A DNA stretch of 62,761 nt from Polyangia bacterium. Its GTDB lineage: Bacteria > Myxococcota_A > Polyangia > JAAYKL01. Of this stretch, positions 37,059 to 48,004 are shown one piece after another. The stretch spans positions 1-62,761 of the forward strand of contig JBNKCR010000038.1 of the NCBI GenBank assembly GCA_050287845.1, read 5' to 3'. The position numbers were made by a program, and so were the translations under genes. Positions within the stretch are counted from its first letter, which is position 1; each line of letters starts with the position of its first letter. The notes below the pieces were generated by a model that was not told the origin of the DNA, did not search any database, and was given only the letters and a program-made list of their open reading frames with translations.

Positions 37059-39440
37059 ATGAAGTATTCGAATCTATTTAACGCCGCATCAGTTTGGACA
37101 GTTTTTACCCTGCTGGCTTCGTGCAGCAATCAGATGACGGATTTTAAGACAGGGGGAACAGATACCCACACAGATTCGTCACCATGGGATACGGCAACGG
37201 GAACCACTGGGGTTCTTGATACCGGTACGGTGATTTATACGGATACGGGCACGGTGGTGGATACGGGCACTGGTGTTGTTGATACGGGCACTGGAACAAT
37301 AATCGTTACGGATACGGGCACGGTGGTGGATACAGGCACTGGTGTTGTTGACACAGGCACGAGCGTTGCAGATACAGGTACGGGTACGGTGGATACAGGT
37401 ACGGGTACGGTGGATACAGGCACGGGGACGGTGGATACAGGTACGGGGACGGTGGATACAGGTTCTGATTCTGAAACTGAATCCGATACTGCTGTTTTGT
37501 TTGAAACCCTGTGCGGAACATGCACTACATCTGACGATTGTAGCAACGGGATTTGTTTGTGGCATGGAGAAACCGGCGAGTCGGTTTGCGGTGTGAGTTG
37601 TCAAATTACAGAAACCGTATGCAACGACACTTGTGATTCCTGGTATACCAGTGACGGTAGCTGCGATGACGGTGGCCCCGGCTCATCTGATGATGCCTGC
37701 GCGCTGGGATCGGATTGCACGGACTGCGGTGTGAGATATGTGGTAACGGGCTCAGGGGTAAATGCCTGCCCCGAAAACTACAGCTGCGTGGATGTGGGTT
37801 ATATGGATTATCAGTGCATTCCCGACAGCAATACCTGCGAAACCGCCGAGGTGGTTGCAGGCGACGCGATTGATGCGGCCATTCTGGATAACATGGACGA
37901 TTGCGATATTTTCATCAATCCGGCCGATGGTCGGGTTGGATACTGGTATGCCTACAACAGCAATTGTGATGAAGATGTCACTGTAAAGGGAACTCAGTGG
38001 CCGGCGGCGCACTCCTGTGACAATAATTTCAATATTAAATTTGAGATGGAAGCCGCTGATACCGGCTGTGTGGCCCGAACCTGGGGCAGTGACTTTTCCA
38101 GTAGTACCGGCTGGGCGGGAATGGGTTTCTGGCTTAAACCCAATACTGATCCTTATGACGCCTGCGCCTATGGCGGCATCAAAGTAACTGTATCTGGAAC
38201 AGACGTTCGCATGAATGTGGTAACACCACCGTTCGATAGCTGGAACCACGTGGGCATCGAGCTCTCCGAAGGTACCCATGTGATTCCCTGGAACAAGCTG
38301 GCTTCCGCAAGTACGACCGATGCGAAGACTTTTGATTGTTCTCAAATCAGCAATATTCAGTTTTCGGCGGTGGACCCCAGTTCCTTTGATTTCTCAATCG
38401 ATGACATCGAACTGGTTGCCGACGATCCCAGCCCCGTGGTGACGGGATGCGGTTCTCACACCAGCGACTACTATTTCTGTGAAGACTTTGAATCCGGCCT
38501 GAGCAACTGGATTGTCAGCGGTTCAGATTGGGGACTCGACACGGGAATGGCCCGCAGCGGTGACAACAGTCTTTCAGACAGCCCGGATGGCAATTATCCG
38601 GCCGACATGGATGCCTCGGCAATTTTGTCAGGAACGGTCGATTTGACGGGAGCAACCACTCCGGTACTCCAATTCTGGAGCAGTTTGAAATTGGCATCCA
38701 GCGATGATGTTTATGTATACGCCTCTTCTGACGGTGGGCTATCCTGGACACAACTGTCAACTCTGTCATCCGGAAGCAATATGAATACCTGGTTTCCCTA
38801 TCAGTACAGCCTGGTGCCCTACGCGGATATGAATATTAAATTACGGTTTCGTTTAATCGACAGTTACAGTGTTGGAACTGTTTCAGATGGCTGGTATATC
38901 GACGATATTGTTATCAAAGAGCCGGAGGCAGCGATGACCGGAACGGGACCGGGGGGATGCGCAGCGGCGACCACCACCCGTTATTTCTGCGATAGCTTCG
39001 AATTCGGAATGGCCAGTTGGCAGGTGAGCGGTCATGACTGGAATACGACCGTGTTTGAATCGCGCACCGGCACCCATTCTCTCACAGATAGCCCCGCCAA
39101 TAATTATCCCGGAGATGCAGACGTCGTCGTGCAAACGGCACAACCCATCGATTTGACCGCTGCCTCAGCGCCGGTCCTTACATTCTGGCACAAGATGCTT
39201 CTGGCCTCCAGCGACGATGTGTATGTGTATGTTTCGGAAGACAACGGCAATTCCTGGAATCAGCTGAAAACCTATTCATCTGGTGATAATGCATCCACCT
39301 GGACGCTGCAGCAATTGAGTCTTGCGGACTATACGACGCGCCCGGTGTTGATACGATTTCGCCTAATTGACAGCTACAGTGTCGGAACGGTCTCTGACGG
39401 CTGGTACATTGACGATGTGGAAATCCGCGAGTTGATGTAG
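37059..39440 (+). CDS. Modular surface lipoprotein: DTGT repeats, Cys-rich segment, CBM-like domain, two MAM/InhA-like beta-sandwich repeats
   Basis: AGGAG RBS; lipobox LASC; duplicated YFC.(D/S)FE.G..W...DSP..NY...DLT....VL.FW...DGWYIDD. Confidence 0.8.
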   Translation: MKYSNLFNAASVWTVFTLLASCSNQMTDFKTGGTDTHTDSSPWDTATGTTGVLDTGTVIYTDTGTVVDTGTGVVDTGTGTIIVTDTGTVVDTGTGVVDTGTSVADTGTGTVDTGTGTVDTGTGTVDTGTGTVDTGSDSETESDTAVLFETLCGTCTTSDDCSNGICLWHGETGESVCGVSCQITETVCNDTCDSWYTSDGSCDDGGPGSSDDACALGSDCTDCGVRYVVTGSGVNACPENYSCVDVGYMDYQCIPDSNTCETAEVVAGDAIDAAILDNMDDCDIFINPADGRVGYWYAYNSNCDEDVTVKGTQWPAAHSCDNNFNIKFEMEAADTGCVARTWGSDFSSSTGWAGMGFWLKPNTDPYDACAYGGIKVTVSGTDVRMNVVTPPFDSWNHVGIELSEGTHVIPWNKLASASTTDAKTFDCSQISNIQFSAVDPSSFDFSIDDIELVADDPSPVVTGCGSHTSDYYFCEDFESGLSNWIVSGSDWGLDTGMARSGDNSLSDSPDGNYPADMDASAILSGTVDLTGATTPVLQFWSSLKLASSDDVYVYASSDGGLSWTQLSTLSSGSNMNTWFPYQYSLVPYADMNIKLRFRLIDSYSVGTVSDGWYIDDIVIKEPEAAMTGTGPGGCAAATTTRYFCDSFEFGMASWQVSGHDWNTTVFESRTGTHSLTDSPANNYPGDADVVVQTAQPIDLTAASAPVLTFWHKMLLASSDDVYVYVSEDNGNSWNQLKTYSSGDNASTWTLQQLSLADYTTRPVLIRFRLIDSYSVGTVSDGWYIDDVEIRELM
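37216..37465 (+). repeat. Coding tandem repeat (mostly 21 bp) encoding VDTGTGT-like units
   Basis: GGATACAGGTACGGGTACGGT and variants repeated. Confidence 0.9.
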
Positions 39441-39492
39441 CGGCAATTCTTCTTTTCTTGTTCTTCAAATAGCTTTTCTCAGCAACACAGCA

Positions 39493-42400
39493 ATGGAGCG
39501 TCATATGAATAAAAAAAATATGATTGTTGGATTGATTGCCTGCCTGGCAATTACAGGAATGTTTCTGCCCAGAGTAAGCGCTGCGCAGGAAGTGGTGAAC
39601 ACGGGGCAGAGCGTTTCGGGAACCCTGTCGACCAATGGCGAGTCAACGTATTACCAGGTGAGCGCCACCGCCGGTGCACCGTTGCTGGTGATGTTGCGGG
39701 GAAATGCCACCGCGGCGGGATATGGTCTTGAAGTGCACGAAGGAACTTTGGCCGGTGCGGTGGTGGGAACGGCCTATGAGAACGATGCCGAAAAATCCGT
39801 TGAAGTTGTGACTCCGGTAGCGGGGGAATACTTCGTCGTGGTAACCAGTGCCATGACGGGAACATTGACGTACGAACTGCTACTGGAGCAACGCCCGGTA
39901 ACCACGCTGACCGTGGACGTGCCATTAACTGGGCAGTCCCTGCTGGCTGCGGGGGATGCGGCGTACTACGAAATCAATACGACGGAGTTGCCTTTATATG
40001 CCATGGTGAAGTCGAGCGCGTTTGTTTCGGATTACGCGCTGGAGTTACGCTAGGGAACACTGGACGGGCCCGTGGTCGAGAGTGGCTTCGAATACGGCAA
40101 AGACAAATCAGTGGAATTGACTGCGCCCGGCGTGGACACGTATTATGCGGTGGTGCGCAGTTTGGCTGCCGGCGAGAGTGATTTCGAAATTCAATTCTCG
40201 CAACCGGAAACCACCGTTATCACCGTGGGAGAAGAAATGACTTCCGAGTCATTCTACACCATTGGGGATGCGCGCTTCTATCAATTGGCCACCACAACAA
40301 CCGACCCGCTGCTTGTGCTGGTTCAGGGCAGTACATTTTCAACCGCATATGATGTGGAAGTGCGTCAGGGAACGGTAGATGGTCCGTCGGTGGGGGTGTT
40401 GCGGGAATACGAGTACGGTCAATCGGTTGAAGTGGAGTCGCCCGCCCCTGGACTGTATTACGTAATGGTGCAGGCCGCGGAGGTGGATGCGGATACATTT
40501 GATATCAGCTTTGTGCAGCGCGCACCGGTGGCCCTTTCATCCGGTGTGGAAGTTGTTGCCCGGGAGCTGCTGGTTTCGGGGGACAGTCGTTATTACACGA
40601 TTTCGGCCAACGCGGGCGAAACCATTGTAGCCATGGTAACCGGCTCGACGTATGCGTCGGGCTATTCCCTGGAAGTGCGTCAGGGAGGGCTGACGGGAAC
40701 GCTGCTGGGGGAAGTGCAGGAGGGAGCCAACGATTTGTCTGTGGCAATCGCCGCTCCCTCCGCCGGTGTGTATTCAGTGGTGGTTCGCTCCATGACGGAC
40801 GGAGAACGTACGTTTGATTTGAATGTGGCGACGCGTTCCGCACAAACGGTGTTGTCGGGAATTGCGTTGAAGGAACAGGTGCTGTGGGGGCTTGGAGATG
40901 TTCGATACTTTCATTTTTCCGCCACCACCATGGACCCGATGGTAGTGATGCTGCAGGGATCTACGTTTGCATCCGACTATTCTCTTGAACTGCATCAGGG
41001 AACCATTGATGGTCCCATCGTGGGGACGGCATCGAGCAGCGGTAATGATCTATCCATTGAGCTTCAGTCTCCGACTCCCGGAGAATATTACATCGTGGTG
41101 TCCAATCTGTCGGACGGGGAACGTACGTTTACGCTGACCGTTGATCAGCGGGTAGTGGAACCCATTGGTTTGAATACGCGGATTGCCGACCAACAGCTCA
41201 GTGCCAAAGGCGACGGCAGGTATTACGAGTTCAGTACGGCTGCGGCGTCAGATGGATTGACAGTGCAACTGCTGGGGTCGGATTTGGCCAATGGATATGA
41301 GGTGCGTGTCACCCGGGGCGCGCTGGATGGGGAAGAAGTGGGAACGTTGCGCCACGCGGGCAATTCGGTGCTGGTGGAGATTTTGTCACCCCAGGTTGGC
41401 AAATATTTTATTTCAGTGTTGAACGCCCGGGCAGGCAGCCGAACGTTCAGCATTCAGGCGGAGCAGGTGTCGGCCACGCTGACCGGTGTTTCCCCAGACC
41501 ACGGCGGCAACGCCGGTCGAGTCACCACCATGATCTCCGGCACCTACATGCAGGGCGCCACCGCCGCAAGGCTTGTGAATGCAGCAGGAAATCAAACCGC
41601 TGCCGCTAATCTCAACGAACTCGAAAACAGCCGGTGGTTCCGAGCGACGTTCGATTTGCAGACGTTACCGGCAGGGCAATACGATCTAGTCGTCACCACC
41701 GCCAACGGCACCGATGTGCGATTAGCCAACGGCTTCCAGGTAGAACAAGGCGGCGAAGCGAAATTGTGGGTCAATGTATCTGGACCGACATCGGTTCGAG
41801 TCGGACGGACAGCCCTGCTAACCATTAGTTATGGCAATACAGGAAACATCGATTCAGAGTTTGTTATCTTCGGCTTGGACGGTATTCCTTCTGATGATCG
41901 AATAAGAATGATCGGTCCAGCGAACTCTGGAGTAGATACTTCGGATATAACAATGGGATACAATGATGCAGCGCTGCAAGATTTCAATGACAGCCAGCTC
42001 ATGGTTGTGGATGAAGAGGAACCTGATGTAGCAATCGTGCCATTTGTCGCTCCATTCGTAACTGCAAATGATACGCAATCGATAGTCCTGGAATACACTC
42101 CCGTTGTGGGACAGGAAGTTGAATTCGAATCATTTGTTGTGACACCGAAGACAAATAATTCTGAATTTCAGTTTCATCTTTCACAATGTCTGGCAACTAT
42201 CGCATTGGATATCGGCGAAAGTGGTGTCACGGATTTGGATCCAACTTGTATTTCCGGTTCTATGGTAAAATTTATTGGTTGGGGCTACAACGCGGCGACA
42301 GGTGGGGAAAAATGGTGGTCGTTGGCGAATACGTTGTTGCAAATAGTCTACGAATGTCTGGTAACCTATTTAGGAGGAGCGAACGTAAAGATCGCCAAAC

Positions 42401-43545
42401 GGCTTCTCAAATGGATGAAACGCTACCAAAAAGGAATGAAGGCATGGGGAGCTTTTTCTAACTATGGACCTGGGACACACTGCTGGGAAGCATTGTCAAT
42501 TATTGCAACAAAAGTATTGCGTATGATAGCTGTTAGGTCAGTCGACCCCAACGAGATCTACGGTCCTGCCGGTTCTGGGGATGCGCATTATGTGAGTGGG
42601 ATGGAGCCATTGCCGTATACGATCACCTTCGAAAACATGGAGACGGCTACTGCTTCGGCGCAGGAGGTGGTGGTGACGGATCAGTTGGATGCGGTTACTA
42701 TGAATCTGGATACGTTCAGTCTGGGGCCCATGACGTTTGGGGATCAGGTGATCACGCCGCCCAGCGGGTTGAAGAGTTACATCGAAGATGTGGATTTGCG
42801 TCCGGCGATGAATCTGATGGTGCGGGTGGAGGCGGAGCTGAATATGGATACGGCGGTGGTTACCTGGCGGTTCTCTTCTCTGGACCCCGATACTATGCTG
42901 TTCACCGACGATGCGCTGGCGGGATTTCTGCCGCCCAATGTGACTGCACCGGACGGCGAGGGCAGCGTCATGTTTACCGTGGAACCCATTGCCGCTCTGC
43001 AGACCGGTGCCACGATTTCGAATCAGGCGTCCATTGTATTTGACGCCAACGCGCCTATCGTCACCAATGTATGGACCAATACCGTTGACAAAGACGCCCC
43101 TGAAAGTTCTATCACCACAGCGCCCGTTATCAGTAGCACCGCGTCGTTCGAGGTCTGCTGGGCTGGTATCGATTCGGGCGCGGGCGACCTCGACTATACC
43201 GTTTATGTTTCCGGCGGAGGCGCCTACATGGCGGAGTGGCTGACCCACACTCCGGATACCTGTGCGACCTGGGATGGCGCAGATGGACAGGCCTATCAGT
43301 TTCATGTGGTGGCCCGTGATGGCGCCGGAAATACAGAGATGCGCTCTGATATTCCGGATGCAACCGTTTCGGTACAGGTGGTGCAGAACGACACGGATTC
43401 CGGAACAGACAGCGATACAGCGGGGCAGGTGCCGATTGCACAGCCGAAGAACGGGGCCGAATCGGGATGCGGATGCGAAGTGACCGGAAAAGTGTCCAGC
43501 GGCGCCGGCGGTTTGCTGCGGCTGCTACTCAGTTTGTTTTTTTAG
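39493..43545 (+). pseudogene. Large exported protein (PPC-like repeats, IPT-like, DUF7619-like, FN3-like, MYXO-CTERM-like tail) interrupted by one in-frame TAG at 40051-40053
   Basis: ORFs 39493-40053 and 40072-43545 share a frame; the repeat unit continues across the stop; SVDPNE..YTITFEN; C-terminal SGCGC plus hydrophobic tail. Confidence 0.8.
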
Positions 43546-43573
43546 AATGCCAGTTTCGTACTACTGGAAGGGG

Positions 43574-45526
43574 CTAAAATTGACCGTGAAGCAGAATTCC
43601 AGTTCCGGATTCGGATATCAGTGGCGCGAGACCTATTTGTGACTTGCGCTGCGTCTGTGCCTGCTTCTGCCGTTTTTCTTTTACTTTTCCAATAATGAAT
43701 AGCGTGATCCCCGCAGCAGCAATGCTGCTGCCGGCAATAATCATTACACTGGATGCTTTTGCCATGTTGTCACGCTTCTGTATTTCATCTGTCTGTTCAA
43801 CGGTGCAGAACCCGTCCACACATGTGTTTTTCAGATCTTCGTCCTTTTTCAGAGCGGCGATGCCAAGCACGATTCCTGTACCTGCTGTAGCCAGCCCGGT
43901 AGACATGGACACAATACCGGCAATCTTCAGTGCTCTGGCAGGACTTCGGGTGGATGGCTGTGCAACAATGTCGGTATTGGCGGCGGCTTTATTATCCGCC
44001 TCATCCGTTGGAGTAGTCACGACCTCCTGGCAGATGGCCTTTCCGTCATCGGCAACCTTTTTGACGGTTCCTTTGGCGCATTGAATCGTTGGTTCATCGT
44101 CCGGTACGGGCAGCAGTGGCGGTACGGGAGCGGAAACAACAGTATGCAGTGCGATTTTTTCGCCGGAATTGGTTGTCACCTCGCCTGTTCCGAACATGTA
44201 CACCAAACCTTTATCCGGTATCTGCACAAATCGGAGCGGGTCGTTGGCATCGCTTGTGAATACATATCCCGCCAGCGATTCGGTGGTGCCCACAATTCGC
44301 CAGATGCTGCCTCTGGTCGTGGGCAGCAGCGGTGTTCCATCCGGTCCCCGGGTGGCACAGTCCCCCGGCAATTCTTCCACCAGCGACTTTCCGTCCTTCA
44401 GCGTGATGGCACATGGAGAACCGGGGGTGTTGTATTTCAGTTTTTCAACAGTGAAGCGATTGCCGATATTTTCCATCAGAAGTGTTCGATATTGTGATTC
44501 AAGAATCACTTGTTCTTCTGGCGGCAGTTTTCCATTCTGCTGGCCACTCGTAATCTGGTCAAGGGACGTTAATGTAATGGGCCCGACCGGGCGCGCTTCT
44601 GCGGTGAAGGTTGTGGTTTTTTCAACCTGCGCGGTGCATTGGGACGCGCCCTGTTTGAAAGTGGGACATTCCATTTTCAGCTGCGAGAAATCGACCAGGC
44701 CATTAATGGGGGTAGCGATTTCAAACGATTTTACAAGTGGCTGGAACGCACTGTTCAGAATTTTCCCCTCGCTGTCAGATACAAACATATCGAGAACCGG
44801 ATTGCATCCTGCGGCGGACGGTTCCGTGCTGATCACAAGAATCAGTTTGCGACATTTGAGCAGATGGGTCTGATAGGCGAATACATCCGTTTGTCCGGCC
44901 TGAACGAATTGGTGCTTCAGCGCCAGCTCGCGGGGAATCAGATATTCCCTGTCATCAATCGTAACGTACATGCCGAGTTTGTCGATAACGCCAATATCTG
45001 TTGCCGTACCGCCTACCAACCGGGTTCCTCTGGCACCGTCTGCGTAGAGGATACCGGGATTCGGCGGTGGCGGAAGCGGTGAAATCGCTGGTTTGGGAGT
45101 ATCCGGTTCCCGGGGCGCCACCAGTTGGGCCTCCAGTTGCTGAAAAATAATTCTAGCCGCTTTTTTATGTTCGCCTACCGCAGAAATCTGCGGAAATCGG
45201 ATTTCAACCAGCGTCCATCCCTGACGGGGCGCCGGTGAGACCCGGCAATCCATCATCAGCATATTTTTGCCATCCACAATGTATCTGTAAAATATTCCAT
45301 TGGGGTCATCGTTGGTGGATGCGACTGGCATTGATGAAAAAAACGGTTTGGCACGAGTTTCAAATTCCGCGGCTTCGATTTTGTACTGCTTCTGCCAGAA
45401 CTCATTTTTCTGTTGCATTGTGGTGGTTTTTGGAGGTGGTTCAGCTGCTGAAAGAGAGCGACCTGAAGTGATAGCTACCAGTGCGAACAATATCATGGGC
45501 ACTGTTACCCGAATCGAGTGTTGCAT
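43574..45526 (-). CDS. Hypothetical exported protein with C-terminal hydrophobic hairpin and terminal Phe
   Basis: Signal peptide; Pro-rich linkers; two hydrophobic helices around a C...C loop; ends GLAPLISESGTGILLHGQF. Confidence 0.75.
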   Translation of the reverse strand: MQHSIRVTVPMILFALVAITSGRSLSAAEPPPKTTTMQQKNEFWQKQYKIEAAEFETRAKPFFSSMPVASTNDDPNGIFYRYIVDGKNMLMMDCRVSPAPRQGWTLVEIRFPQISAVGEHKKAARIIFQQLEAQLVAPREPDTPKPAISPLPPPPNPGILYADGARGTRLVGGTATDIGVIDKLGMYVTIDDREYLIPRELALKHQFVQAGQTDVFAYQTHLLKCRKLILVISTEPSAAGCNPVLDMFVSDSEGKILNSAFQPLVKSFEIATPINGLVDFSQLKMECPTFKQGASQCTAQVEKTTTFTAEARPVGPITLTSLDQITSGQQNGKLPPEEQVILESQYRTLLMENIGNRFTVEKLKYNTPGSPCAITLKDGKSLVEELPGDCATRGPDGTPLLPTTRGSIWRIVGTTESLAGYVFTSDANDPLRFVQIPDKGLVYMFGTGEVTTNSGEKIALHTVVSAPVPPLLPVPDDEPTIQCAKGTVKKVADDGKAICQEVVTTPTDEADNKAAANTDIVAQPSTRSPARALKIAGIVSMSTGLATAGTGIVLGIAALKKDEDLKNTCVDGFCTVEQTDEIQKRDNMAKASSVMIIAGSSIAAAGITLFIIGKVKEKRQKQAQTQRKSQIGLAPLISESGTGILLHGQF

Positions 45527-46042
45527 ATTTTCTTCACCTTTCTACTTGCTTCGTTATGCAAACTATTAATTTCAAATGCGCATAATTTGCATCTGCGGCG
45601 GTGTTATTATTAAAATCGTTCCGGTGTGCGATTGTATCGTTTTTCAGAGGGTGAAGACGACGCTCCACTGCCACGATTCTTTTTTCAAATGGCTGGCTGT
45701 CCATCAGGCGACATCTATTTGAAAAGAGTCCGAGCGTACGATGGTCGCAAATTTCGCCGCAATGCGATTTTTGAATTTGTATCGGATATTTCGCTCGACA
45801 TCCAGTATATTTTTCAATAATTTATCTGACCCAGATTAAACTGCTTCTCGAAGCAGGATTATATGGAACACAGTGTGTCAATTGACGAATTAAATCGATG
45901 GCACTGTTGCAAATCTTCAGATGGGACAGTTGCGAGAGATGGAATCGCTCTTTGACTGCCCAATCTTGAGGAACTGAACCGGGGTTGGCTTTCGAAGCGT
46001 CATTACCGAAAAAAAAATAGCCGCTATTGGCGGGGGACACCC

Positions 46043-47515
46043 ATGAAAGGAAACAAGATGTACATTTTTCAGAATTGTGTTCGATGGAGACGGATATGGT
46101 TGTTGGTTTACTCCGTTGTGAACTTGCAGCTGGTTGTCGGCGCCAGTCTGGCTGCGGAGACTGATGGAACCGGGTCGATTGCCGACAAACTTTCCTCGTT
46201 GAAAGTGGATGTGGATGCGGAAATGTGGCAGGTGAGAACAGACAACGGAAAACAGGGACCTCTGACCCGCAGGGAAGTTGAAAAGAAAATTGCTCAGGGT
46301 GACGTTCTCGATAGCATGATGGTTGCGAAGTGGGGCACTGAAAACTGGATACCGGCATCGTCAGTGTTTGAATTTCCAGAAGCAGAGACTTCGGAGAACG
46401 CTGAATCCGACGCGGAGATCGAGGCTGTTGCACCGGTTGAAGCGCCGAAAGAAGATATTGTGGACGCCACAGAGGCTGATCAATTCTATGTTTTTGTCAA
46501 CAACGCCGTGCAGGGCCCATATTCCAAAGAAGAAATGGTGGGAAAGATAAAAAGTGGCGCGATTTCAGCGGATACTTTGGTGGCGCCCGTGGGCAGTGCA
46601 CAGAGGGTCAAGGCAGAGACGCTTTTTTCTTTCGAAACCGGTGGCGATCCTGCTCCACCACCGGTGCCGATAGTTCCAGTAGAAAAATGGTATGTCCGCG
46701 TGGACGGCAAAAATTACGGTCCATATCCGCAGCAGAAACTGGTGGAAATGTATCAGAACGGTCAGGTGCTTCCCGCTACATTGGTGAACAGAGTGGGCGC
46801 AAAGAACTGGATAACCGTCCAGCAGGCGTTGTCACCGCAGGCGGTGAATCCGGTTGCGCCCGGGGCGACGTCCGCGCCATCTTTAAAAACGAAGGCCCCC
46901 AATACGTCTGCCGGCACCAGTCAGATGCTGGACAGCGGTATTGATGCGAATTATAGCGAGACCAGATTAACCAACGGCAAGATATTATCGGGATTGGGGG
47001 CTGCCACCTGGACCTCTGGCTTTATATTGAGTTTTGTAGCTGCCAGTAAATTTGTGGGGGCGTTTCAGGACTCGTTGGATGAAAGTGAAGATGAGGATAC
47101 AACCGCGGCTCTGGAAGCAGGATTGGATGCATCCATCGGACTTTTTGTGGCCTCCGGATTGATGGTGCATGCAGGACCGATTATGTCTGCCGTTGGCGAA
47201 AAAGTAGCGAAACGGGGAATCGGACAGAACAATAAAAAGGGATTTCGCTCGAAGGGGATGAGTGCTGCCAGACTGTATGGGATAAGCTGGATTTTCACGT
47301 TGCTTCAAGTTGCGACGACGTTCGTTCCGGTTGCAGGTATGTTCATGTCTATTGCGTTCAGTGTAACCGCATCCATCTATCGCGGATATGCAGCGTGGGC
47401 GCCCATTGTACGACTGATCCGTCGTGGCGGAGGATCTCGCGGTGTGACATCCTCCGGTATTTCCCCGGTGGTAACCACAAACGGCGGCGGTCTGGTATTT
47501 GCTATGTCGTTTTAA
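46043..47515 (+). CDS. Protein with three GYF_2 (DUF4339)-like domains and a C-terminal membrane region
   Basis: Three W/Y-x-V...GP(Y/L)...G.(V/I)....(L/M)V...G repeats; signal-like N-terminus; ends GGGLVFAMSF. Confidence 0.8.
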   Translation: MKGNKMYIFQNCVRWRRIWLLVYSVVNLQLVVGASLAAETDGTGSIADKLSSLKVDVDAEMWQVRTDNGKQGPLTRREVEKKIAQGDVLDSMMVAKWGTENWIPASSVFEFPEAETSENAESDAEIEAVAPVEAPKEDIVDATEADQFYVFVNNAVQGPYSKEEMVGKIKSGAISADTLVAPVGSAQRVKAETLFSFETGGDPAPPPVPIVPVEKWYVRVDGKNYGPYPQQKLVEMYQNGQVLPATLVNRVGAKNWITVQQALSPQAVNPVAPGATSAPSLKTKAPNTSAGTSQMLDSGIDANYSETRLTNGKILSGLGAATWTSGFILSFVAASKFVGAFQDSLDESEDEDTTAALEAGLDASIGLFVASGLMVHAGPIMSAVGEKVAKRGIGQNNKKGFRSKGMSAARLYGISWIFTLLQVATTFVPVAGMFMSIAFSVTASIYRGYAAWAPIVRLIRRGGGSRGVTSSGISPVVTTNGGGLVFAMSF

Positions 47516-47518
47516 CGG

Positions 47519-48004
47519 TTAGCTGAATATTGATTCGCTCAGAAGATTGCAGCTCATCAGAATGGCGTTTTCTCCGGTGTCTGTATAGTAGCCCTTCCGG
47601 AGACCATCGGTCTGAAATCCGCAGGCGGTATACAGCGACTGCGCGGCCTCATTGGATTCCCGAAGTTCGAGGGTGATGGCGGCAATGCGTTCTTTCCGTG
47701 CAAGCGAAATGAGGTGCGTTATCATGCCGGCGCCAATATGCCTGCGGCGGTACTGGGGATGGACGGCCACTTTCAGAATCTGATACTCATCGGCCACGGT
47801 CCAGAAACTCAGATACCCCACGGGGACATCATCCATTGCCGCAATCAATGTTCTCGACCAGCTGAGCGCGGTGATTTCATGTTCGAAGGTCGAACGGTCC
47901 CAGGGGGTTAAAAAGCTCTCCCGCTCCATTTGCACAATATCGTCCAGGTGCGCGATGGACGCCGGAAAAATGGCCAGGCGGGGATACCGTGTTTCGGCAG
48001 TCAT
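47519..48004 (-). CDS. rimI: Ribosomal-protein-alanine N-acetyltransferase
   Basis: ERESFLTPW, VAVHPQYRRRHIG, LELRESN.AAQSLY..GF...RKGYY...ENAILM. Confidence 0.9.
   Translation of the reverse strand: MTAETRYPRLAIFPASIAHLDDIVQMERESFLTPWDRSTFEHEITALSWSRTLIAAMDDVPVGYLSFWTVADEYQILKVAVHPQYRRRHIGAGMITHLISLARKERIAAITLELRESNEAAQSLYTACGFQTDGLRKGYYTDTGENAILMSCNLLSESIFS

Noticed and set aside
37216..37465. 21-bp repeats as CRISPR or a non-coding VNTR
   Set aside because: No spacers; in-frame coding repeat with synonymous variation
39493..43545. Genome-wide TAG reassignment or pyrrolysine
   Set aside because: Several genes terminate normally at TAG, no pyl genes are in view, and the homologous position is Gln
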